A stretch of DNA of 64,000 nt from Mizuhopecten yessoensis (taxonomy: Eukaryota), in the NCBI RefSeq assembly GCF_002113885.1, contig NW_018407245.1, positions 64,775 through 128,774 of the forward strand, given 5' to 3'. The notes under the pieces are model-generated. The model saw nothing but the letters and a program-made list of their open reading frames with translations, ran no database searches and had not been told where the DNA came from. Below, piece after piece: positions 40,401 through 52,400 of the stretch (the stretch's first letter is position 1; every line of letters starts with the position of its first letter). The position numbers and the translations under genes are program-made.

Positions 40401-43400
40401 AACATCCTCACCACCTGTAGGAGCGGTAGGACTGAAGGTTTACACTGCTGGAGGTAGTAAACAGACTCACCTCCTGTAGGACCGGTAGGACTGAAGGTTT
40501 ACACTACTGGAGGTAGTAAATATACTCACCTACTGTAGGACTGGTAAGACTGAAGGTTTACACTGCTGGAGGTAGTAAACATACTCACCTCCTGAAGGAC
40601 TGGTAAGACTGAAGGTTTACACTGCTGGAGGTAGTAAACATACTCACCTCCTGTAGGACCGGCAAGACTGAAGGTTTACACTGCTGGATGTAGTAAACAT
40701 AATCACCTCCTGTAGGACCGGTAGGACTGAAGGTTTACACTACTGGAGGTAGTAAACATACTCACCTCCTGTAGGACCGGTAAGACTGAAGGCTTACACT
40801 GCTGGAGGTAGTAAACATACTCACCTCCTGTAGGACCGGCAAGACTGAAGGTTCACACTGCTGGATGTAGTAAACATAATCACCTCCTGTAGGACCGGTA
40901 GGACTGAAGGTTTGCACTGCTGGAGGTAGTAAACATACTCACCTCCTGTAGGACCGGTAGGACTGAAGGTTTACACTGCTGGAGGTAGTAAATATACTCA
41001 CCTCCTGTAGGACCGGTAGGACTGATGGTTTACATTGCTGGAGGTAGTAGATGAGGAGGAGGATGTAGGCATAGGAGGACAGACTTCCCCTGGATGCGTC
41101 TCCAATCTCACAAACCTGTCAAGTTTATGAAATTGATATATCGTTACTTTCTATCTTAATAAGATCTGTATGGGAAAAAATGCTGTTTAATTTACACAAA
41201 ACATTTTTTTGTATCTTATTTTATGGCAAAATTGTTAACAATTTTTGTAGCTCAGTTTTATATATGATGTATGAATTATATATTTACACACCGTGACGTT
41301 ATAATACGCTATGCTGTATGGCTTGTCTATGTCCCGTTTCATAAATGCCTGTGGGTGTGTCTGTATTTGTTTGTGTACTTTACTGGACACTGGACGATTG
41401 ACCAATCGACAGGTGCCCTCACTGCAGGGACAGTTCACACGAATTTCCCGTCACCACTAGCACCGTATATAAGGTCCCGGGGCCCTAGGCAGCAGGTCTG
41501 CATTATTTACAGACGTCCTGCGATGCACTTCAGTATCTTTATATATATGTACATTGTATTCTATACAAAGCTGTGAAGCTGAGTGTACTTCTTACCTAAT
41601 TCTGGAGACAGCCGTTTCCGGTATGTATTGCTATATTTAATTACTGATAATTATATTTATATGTAAAACATATCGCTGTCAATATATTCTTTTCTATTTC
41701 GTTTATACGTTCCGTTTATATAATCCGGTTATACATTCCAATGTGAGTTTTATGAAAGGTAATTTTATATTATTTGAAGGTTTTCTTTGTATTTGTCATC
41801 ATCGTGAGTCCGCAAATTAAATGAAAGATCATCAAATTCATATGGAGTTTGACCTCTGTTTCCAACCCTGACCCAAGGTTAAATAGAAAAACATATAATT
41901 TTTTGCCTGAATCATAAATAAGTCATGTTGGGGTATGTGCATGTCACCCTGAATCAGGAATGGTGTGGAAAATATCAAATGATTCACATTTAACATCACT
42001 TGTAGTTGTCTTGGTTTCTTATTTCAAAACATCAGATGGGCCTTAATTTCCACAAAAGGAAAAGAAATTGAAAATCTTACCTTAGCAAATACTTTAAAGG
42101 CATAGCCAAGACACTTGACTCGGGGATCTAAGGAGGCATACAGTTGGATCATCTTCGTATTGTACAGTGCCTAAGGATGTATGACAAAAAATATATGAGA
42201 ACAAATCTTACCGACAGTTACACAAAATAGCATCTCCCTGTATCAAATCTTACCAACAGTTATCAAAATAGCATCTACCTGTATCAAATCTTACCAACAG
42301 TTATACAAAATAGCATCTTACTGCATCAAATCTTACCAACAGTTATACAAAATAGCATCTACTCGTATCAAATCGTACCAACAGTTATACAAAATAGCAT
42401 CAACCTGTATCAAATCTTACCAACAGCTATACAAAATAGCATCTGCCTGTATCAAATCTTACCAACAGTTATCAAAATAGCATCTACCAGTATCAAATCT
42501 TACCAACAGTTATACAAAATAGCATCTACCTGTATCAAATCTTACCAACAGTTATACAAAATAGCATCTAACTGCATCAAATCTTACCAACAGTTATACA
42601 AAATAGCATCTACCTGTATCAAATCTTACCAACAGCTATACAAAATAGCATCTAACTATCCAGTAAGTTATATTAACTAATGCCTACCTCTAATATATCT
42701 TACCAGTAAGTTAATCAAACTACTGTCTCCCTCAACTATGTCTTACCAGTAAGTTATACAAATTAATGTCTCCCTCTAAAATATCTTACCAGTAATTTAT
42801 ACAAACTAATGTTTCCCTCTTATATATCTTACCAGTAAGTTATAAAAACTAATGTCTCCCTCCAATTGGCTGCGTCTGTGTTTGAACTTGACGATTGGAA
42901 CCTTGGCTGTGGTGATAGGAAACACATTGTAAAGGCCACGGTGCTTCTTCAGCTTCTGTGTGATTTCCTCTATCAGCATCACAGGGTCCAGACCCTGTGT
43001 AAACCGACACCACAACGTAGGTTATATTTGGAAGAGATAAAATGTGCATTCCGACAAAAAAAAAGGTTTAAACAAACCCTGAATACATAAAAAAAACCAG
43101 GACAGTAACATTTTCATTTTCTGTTGCTAGTGACAAAAAAAGACAGAAATAGGTATGCTAGGACTCATTGATTCACCATGTGTGAAGTAAATATAATGAA
43201 ATATTCATTAAGGGAAATGTGTAATGAGCCAACAAGAAACCAGTATCTGATGATCAAGTAAAAATTTAAAAGATAATTACCTAGACCATGTCTATAAGCC
43301 CCAAAATAATATCCACTTTTCAAATTTCTTTAGAAAAGAACTTTCACCTGTTGCCTTTTTTAATCACAATGAAAAAGAATTCACTTCTTTGTTCTGGCAT

Positions 43401-46400
43401 TAATATTTTTACTGCATGAGTAAGATATACAATACAGTAACATCAAAATTATTGTATACGGGAATGGTGTGGGAGGTACTAACCTCACTTGTGGGCTTGC
43501 CCTGGAAGGTCACACAGAGGTCAAGGTCACTCAGTTTAAATCCAAATCCGTTATGGGATGACCCAAACAAGTGGAGCTCAGCATCTGTAGACATAGAGGT
43601 CTTTGTTTGTCACAATGTACAATAGAACGTACCTGGTAATTATGTTAACATCGTGTGGTGGCAGTAAGAAACACAGCATGTTTCCAATCCGCAAATTACC
43701 AGAGGACATGGAATTACACAAAACATATTGCATCTGATGCGTAGTAACCTCAAGATAATATTTGTTTTACTGTATAGGAACAACACAATGAGGAGTAGTC
43801 TCCTAAATTTGGTATGATGTGAGAGATACTCACTTGTGTATGATATGCGTGAAGCACCTGTGAAACATACTGTGTATGTGTTTCCGTGACATCTACATAT
43901 CTGGGTATGTTATATGTTTGTGTAACACCTACATAACCGGGTATGTCATGTGTTTGTGTAACACCTACATAACCGGGTATATCATGTGTTTGTGTAACAC
44001 CTACATAACCGGGTATATTATGTGTTTGTGTAACACCTACATAACCGGGTATATTATGTGTTTTTGTAACACCTACATACCCGGGTATATCATAAGTTTG
44101 TGTAACACCTACATAACCGGGTATGTCAAGTGTTTGTATAACACCTACATAACCGGGTATATTATGTGTTTGTATAACACCTACATAACCGGGTATGTCA
44201 TGTGTTTGTGTAACACCTACATAACCGGGTATGGCATGTGACAAGTGTTTGTGTAACCCCTACATAACCGGGTATATCATGTGTTTGTGTAACCCCTACA
44301 TAACCGGGTATATTATGTGTTTGTATAACACCTACATAACCGGGTATATTATGTGTTTGTATAACACCTACATAACCGGGTATGTCATGTGTTTGTATAA
44401 CACCTACATAACCGGGTATATTATGTGTTTTTATAACACCTACATAACCGGGTATATTATGTGTTTTTATAACACCTACATAACCGGGTATATTATGTGT
44501 TTTTGTAACACCTCCCTAACCGGGTATATCATGTGTTTGTGTAACTCCTAAATAACCGGGTATATCATGTGTTTGTGTAACACTTACATAACCGGGTATA
44601 TTATGTGTTTGTGTAACCCCTACATAACCGGGTATATCATGTGTTTGTGTAACGCCTACATAACCAGGTATGTCATGTGTTTGTGTAACACCTACATAAC
44701 CGGGTATATTATATGTTTGTGTAACACCTACATAACCGGGTATGTCAAGTGTTTGTATAACCCCTACATAACCGGGTATATTATGTGTTTGTATAACACC
44801 TACATAACCGGGTATATCATGTGTTTGTGTAACACCTACATAACCAGGTATGTCATGTGTTTGTGTAACACCTACCTAACCGGGTATATCATGTGTTTGT
44901 GTAACTCCTAAATAACCGGGTATATCATGTGTTTGTGTAACACTTACATAACCGGGTATATTATGTGTTTGTGTAACCCATACATAACCGGGTATATCAT
45001 GTGTTTGTGTAACACCTACATAACCGGGGATATCATGTGTTTGTGTAACACCTACATAACCAGGTATGTCATGTGTTTGTGTAACACCTACATAACCGGG
45101 TATATCATGTGTTTGTGTAACACCTACATACCTGGGTACAGCTCCTGAATGAACTCCTCTAGTTCCTGGCGGATATCCTCTCTTTCTTCATACTCCTCTT
45201 CCTTCACGCCAAAGTCTTCTACAAAAATTAACAATGACAAATACTGTAGATACAAAATAACCTTGACATCACATCCATTGAAACAACTTGAATATTCACA
45301 AAAGTTTGCTTCCAAGCCTACTGAGTTAAAAATTACATATTTCTACAGTAATTTCACACTTACTTGGAACTTTTTTGATTGTATTAGTTAGATTTCTCAG
45401 GAAATCTTTGGTCATTTTTGGCAGTGGTTTGAGATCAGGGAGGGCCTCTTCAGGACAAGAATTTTTTAGATGGCCTTCCTTCTCACAGATACTACAGATG
45501 ATCAAAGGGCCCTGTACACGAAACGTTTTACTGATCACAGCGATACAAATAATAATATTCAACATTTGATGTAGCATCCTATCTAGCTACAATTAGCTAC
45601 TCTAAAGTGTGTTACAGTACATCAATATACAACTCATATACAATCAACACAATGTAACCAACAAGTACAGTTTAAAGATTTCACAGGAGCTGCCTTATCC
45701 GGCTCTTACTACTAGCCCTACAAGTTGGATATGTACATATTTATTTTTTCGTGTATTTGAGAGGTTTTTACGTCCTCTTCACTACCGAGTAATTCAGTTA
45801 TCCGGCAGACGGATATTCATGCTTTAAACATGTTTACATAGTGCGCATGCCACCTCACTTGAATGCTACAGCACAAACACTGCAAGACCCACCCCAGACC
45901 ATTTTAAGTCAGTTCAAGTCTGCCTGATGGAACCTTAACACAGCCATACAGAGACCTAGAAGCTGTATTGAACGTTCAAATCTGCCCAAAATGCTATATG
46001 TACAGTAGCTCGCATTGGTTGGACAGCTCGAGATAGCTGTAAGAATGTCGTAGCCAATAATAGGCCAGCACATACAGCTATATAAACCATATTTAAAGTT
46101 TACCGAGACATACCAACGATTAGCTGAGACCTATTCCTGAAGTACATTTCCTCTGAGTTTTTATTTATAACTAAACTTGCCTTTGGTACAATTTAAGAAG
46201 GGGTTGAAATGCCTGATCAGATAATAAGAGACCAGGAGATATTTCATTTCAAACTGGGTTAAAAATGGAACAATACTGTTGTTGGTAAGGGCTATCACAG
46301 AAATATTTCAGCAAGACTTTTGCATATCTGTACATATATATAGAACTTCAGATGGTAAAATATGATAAAAGCCAACAAAACTGACACCAGAAGTCAACTG

Positions 46401-49400
46401 CGGTTACACTTTTAAAATGAGGCTGCAGCAATAATTATAGGTAATAAATAAGTTACCTTGGTCATGATAATTATATTCTGCTTTCGCAACATGATAAGGA
46501 AAAAAATTCATCAATGTTAACTGCTTACCTTACCATCAGTGAACTTTTTCTCCAAAAATTCAAAACCATACTCAAGATTGTTCAGTGTTGTTTTTGAGTC
46601 CTGACTGTTATTTTCAACAGCTGGAGTACTCTCCACCTCCTTTGAATCCACAGTTGCTTCCCTTGAATCTGACTCGTCTTCTGATTCAATCTCCTGATTG
46701 ACGTTTAAAGACTCATCTTTTGAATCAACCAACTCCTCCTTTGTATTTGCCATTGTCTCCTGTGAATTTTCTTTGGTTTCACAAACATTTTGACCATCAA
46801 GCACCAATTTTTTGCATTTTTCAGCTAAGATATCTTCTTCTGTAACAGCAGTGTCAGGTGGCCTGGCACTTTTGTCTTTTTCACCCTTCAGAGTCAATTC
46901 TGATAATGTTTCCACCAATGAGTCTTTGGCAAGTTGTTCTGAGGCGGCTTCAGAAGGAATGTCTGGGGATTTCTGATAAGACTGTCCGTTGTCACTACCA
47001 CATGTGTCACAGCTGTCGACTAATTCCACCTTTTCCGTTTGAGACATTTGTCCTGATATACCCGTGTCTGCCATCGACGGATCACAACTACAATGACTGT
47101 CTGGTTTAGAGTCTGTATCACTTCTCTCTGGTGACTCTTCTCGGTCATTTTTCACAGAATCCTGGGCAGGTTTTGAGAAATCCAGCTGTTTACAAGTACT
47201 GCTGGAGCTTTCCTTTTCCTCCTTATCTTCTGCCTTTCTACTGCTTCCTTCTTCTTCCAATTCCTCCTCCGAGGATCCTAATATCACAACGTCGGAGTTG
47301 TCTCCAGATTCCTCCTCAGCTTCATCAACAGCTGTTTTGTTTTCTTCATCACTTTTCTTTTTGTTTGCCTTCATTTGTTTTTCTTTTTGCTCCTTCAACT
47401 TTGCCTCTTTAGCCAGTCTTTCTTCTTCAGCCTTGACCTTGAGCCTGGTCTTCTCCAGAACATCTTTTTGCTTGGCTGTGAGCTTATCGTAGTTTGTGGG
47501 CAGGCTGAAGTAGAAGTAAGACTTTCTGAAGCAATCCCAGATATACTGGAATACCTCATAGTTTGTCACAGAACGAGCAGCATTTCTCTTGTGGGAAAAC
47601 GGATCTGAGGAAACAGAACATATTCTTTTTTCTTACACAAAACAGAATCTTTAAATATCACTTATTCATCAATTGTGATTCAAAATTTGTCATGAATTTA
47701 ACAGAAGTTACTGAACAAACCAATGCATGATCAATCCTTGATCATTGCGAAAAATTAAATACTATGATAAACAGGGCATCACAAATGATATGAAACCCTA
47801 TACATTGAGGTATGGCCACACTAAAAACTTGTAAGGACATCCAAAAATTTCTGTTGGAAAGAAAGGATGGTTATAACTAAAATTTCCTAAACATTAAAAA
47901 AAATGACCTTCACATTGCACTTTGAAATCTTTTTTGAGTTCTGTCATTAAATAAGTGGTACACAATTGTAATGGGATAATCAGTGATACACCGATGTAAT
48001 GGGATAATCGGTGATACACCGATGTAATGGGATAATCTGTGATACACCGATGTAGTGGGATAATCGGTGTAAAAGTAATGGGATAATCGGTGTATGTAAT
48101 GGGATAATCGGTGATACACCAATATAACGGGATAATCAGTGATACACCGATGTAGTGGGATAATCGGTGATACACCGATGTAACGGGATAATCAGTGTAT
48201 ATGTAATGGGATAATCAGTGATACACCAATGTAGTGGGATAATCAGTGTATATGTAATGGGATAATCGGTGTATTGTAACGGGATAATCGGTGGTATATG
48301 TAACGGGATAATTGGTGATACACCGATATAGTGGGTCAATCGGTAGTGGGATAATCGGTGATACACTGATGTAACGGGATAATCAGTGATACACCGATGC
48401 AACGGGATAATCGGTGATACACCGATGTAGTGGGATAATCGGTATTGGGATAATCAGTGATGCACCGATGTAGTGGGATAATAGGTGATACACCCATTTA
48501 ATGGGATAATCGGTGATACACCGATGTAACGGGATAATCAGTGAAACACCGATGTAACAGGATAATTGGTGATACACCGATGTAACGGGATAATCGGTGA
48601 TACACCGATGCAGTGGGATAATCGATGATACACCAATATAGTGGGATAATCGATGATACGCCGATGTAGTGGGATAATCGGTAGTGGGATAATCAGTGAT
48701 GCACCGATGAGGAGGGATAATAGGTGATACACCCATTTAATGGGATAATCGGGAATACACCGATGTAACGGGATAATCAGTGCAACACCGATGTAACAGG
48801 ATAATTGGTGATACCCCGATGTAACGGGATAATCGGGGATACACCGATGTAACGGGATAATCTGTGATACACCGATGTAACGGGATACTCGGCGATACAC
48901 CGATGTAGTGGGATATTCGGTGATACACCTATGTAACGGGATAATCAGTGAAAAACCGATGTAACAGGATAATTGGTGATACCCCGATGTAACGGGATAA
49001 TCAGTGAAACACCGATGTAGCAGGATAATTGGTGATACACCGATGTAGTGGGTTAATCGGTAGTGGGATAATCGGTGATACACCGATGTAACAGGATAAT
49101 CGGTGATACACCGATGTAGTGGGATAATCGATGATACACCGATGTAGTGGGATAATCGGTAAAACACCCATTTAATGGGATAATCGGTGATACACCGATG
49201 TAACGGGTGAATCGGTGATACACCGATGTAGTGGGATAATCGGTGTATATGTAATGGGATAATCGATGATACACCAATATAGTGGGATAATCGATGATAC
49301 ACCGATTTAGTGGGATAATCGGTGAAACACCCATTTAATGGGATAATCGGTGATACACCAATGTAACGGGATAATCGGTGATACACCGAGGTAACGGGAT

Positions 49401-52400
49401 AATCGGTGTATATGTAATGGGATAATCGATGATACACCAATAAAGGGGGATAATCGATGATACACCGATGTAGTGGGATAATCGGTGAAACACCCATTTA
49501 ATGGGATAATCGGTGATACACCGATGTAACGGGATAATCGGTGATACACCGATGTAACGGGATAATCGGTGTATATGTAATGGGATAATCGGTGAAACAC
49601 CAATGTAGTGGGATAATCGGTATGTAACGGGATAATCAGTGATACACCGATGTTACGGGATAATCAGTGATACACCGATGTTACGGGATAATCGATGATG
49701 CACTGATGTAATGGGATAATTGGTAGTGGGATAATCGGTGATACACCAATGTAGTGGGATAACCGATGTAATGGGATCATGATAGTCACCTTCAATAGCA
49801 ACTCTCTTTGTATTCCATTTCTTTTGAGACCTGGTGAGGAATTCCTCATGCCGTAAGGATACCACATACTGGCTGTTGTCAAACTCCAGGCAGTAGAATC
49901 GAAGCATGTCAAGCCACAGGGCCCCCACACTCTTAGTGTTGTCTGTATGCCATTTCCCAGCCTGCACATGGACAAAATAGGAACCAGTTTAGTTTAAGAC
50001 AATTGTTGTGGGTTTTAAACAACAGGAAAGAGGCAAATATATGTAAAGATTACTATTTATCACACCTAACAAGCTTGATATATGTCCCACTCTGACTGTA
50101 AATTAATTCTCCTTCATGTTATTTTGTGTCATAGAAAATCTACTCTCACAGCTGAGACACTGAGCCTTTAACAACTGCTCATAAAAGGATTTTATTTGTG
50201 AATTATTGATATGAATAATTGAGTTTACTCATAGTATAATTTGATTTTTAATATCATCAACAAAAGTGTGGATGATTAAATTAAGAGAAGTCAAAAATTG
50301 TTTATGGATTGACAACGAAGGACAAAAGACAAGTGGAATAGATAGATTTCATCTCAGGTGACCTAAAACACAAAGAAGTGGAATTTTTACTCGAATGTCC
50401 AGATAAATTACATATTAACCTCTTCTTTGATCCTGGTAAAGTTGGCTTCCTCTGGAGGAGGTGTCCTTTTCCTCTTGGTAGGCGACTTATTCTCATCATC
50501 ATCAAGGCCCTGATTTTACAAAAACACATTACATATATACATACATAATGTGATTTTTCAATACTGTCAGACAGAAAACACAAAAAACGAGAAAATATCA
50601 GGACAGTAATCACATGTTTTACCAGATATTACAGTGGACATACAAACAGGGGAAAATGACAAAATAATAATTACATGGTTTTTATCAGGCCTTACAGAAC
50701 ACACTCAAAAATATCTGATCATGTAAAGAACTCAAGATTATCCATTGTTATAAATCTCGTCATTTGCAAACAATAAAACAATAACTTGACTTCATTTAAC
50801 ATTATTATATACATATGATGTAGCATTCAAATAAAATGAATTGTTAGACTGTTAAAACTACCAGCCTAATCACTATTTAGAATCTGTTCTTGAATCAATA
50901 CAAGAAATATCGTTCAATAGCAGGCTTTGATTAATTGAAATGCAGGAAAATAATTCTATGAAATGTTCAGAAAATTCAACGATTTACCAAAGTCCTCCCT
51001 AAAGACAAAATGTTTAACATCTTGGTGTAGCTTATTACTAATGACAAATGACAAAGACTTACCAGATCAAGCACGGGAAGTACGGCTGGTTTACACTTCT
51101 GTAGATAATGCACAAGCAATAGGGAGAAACTGTAGGCTGGTAGTGTCCCCTCGTCTTGTCTGTCTATCTTACAGATCTGATAACAAAAACACAAAAATAC
51201 AGTAGGCAGGTAGAGTCTCCACTTCTAGTGTGTCTATCTTACAGATCTTATATACACAAAAAGGAAATTTTCTCACACAGTGGAGTACACAACCAGAGAA
51301 GGCTGATATCTCTCCTCAAACTACAAAATCATCTACAATGATACTTTTTGAAGGACAATACTTCTAGTCAAGCCATAAAACATTCCAGGAAATAGAAGTT
51401 GATTTAAAGTTTTCAAGTTTGCAGTGAATTTACACAAACGACATTTCCATTTTATGAGTCCTACCTTAGCAAAGTATCTGAACACGATTCCCAGCTTTCT
51501 GACCCTAGGGTCAATATCTGCAAAGATGGAAAGCAGAGTGGACGTTTGTGGGGCCTGGGATCCAGTTATGGTCAGCTGGCAAGACAATGACCCGGTCTGG
51601 TCAGAAAAGTAGATACAAGGAATTTTAGCTGCGAAATCACTCCTCACTTCTTTGTAGTTTTCTGTGAATGTAAAAAGTAGTACATTGTAATTAAACTATG
51701 TGTTTAATGATCTACTTTATCTGGTACATGTGCAATATTTGTTATTTAAGAAATATCTACGAAATTATTACGCAAACACAAAAGCATCTCCATAACAGTA
51801 TTCTAACTTTCAGAGAAGCAAGCAAACTTTTCTTACATGATAAATGAATTCAATTTTATTCGCCGTTTCTTCTTCTCAAAATGTCTGTTCGTGGTTAAAA
51901 CTCTGATGATACCCACTGTATTCACTAATCATCCAAATTATCTTGTAATGACAATATTATATTTCCAGTAATATTAAAAGTAAAATTCCAGCAAGCTTAA
52001 ACTGTAATTAATAGGTGAGCTACACTGCCAACCCTTGCTATTTAGGAGGGAGACTCCCAATCTTGGACCCTTAAATTCAGTATTACCAACCAGTGAATTT
52101 GCTAACCTATTTCTATGTTCTCAGATCTTATGATTTCAACTGAAAGGGCAACTCAAAATATGTCATTTTAAAGGATTATTCTGTCTGTAGGGTGGATAAA
52201 CACACATTTTATTTATGTTTTTTTTTTTAAATTTTGAGCCCATGGAATCACCCCAATGGAAAGCTCACAAGTATGCTAACATCTGAGTTACAATACAGAT
52301 ATATAAAGGTGAGTGATATATGGGATTCAAGTTACACGAAACACAGGCACAGATGAGTGCTGACCTGAATCTTTCATGTCTTTGAAAGCCTTAGTAAGGG

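Noticed and set aside
46524-46534. GTAAG GTAAG tandem donor at exon 10
   Set aside because: 5-nt repeat readily explained by the DGK codons plus the donor consensus
43750-49603. Repeat ORFs in the 36-bp and 28-bp arrays
   Set aside because: Intronic satellites open by chance in several frames on both strands
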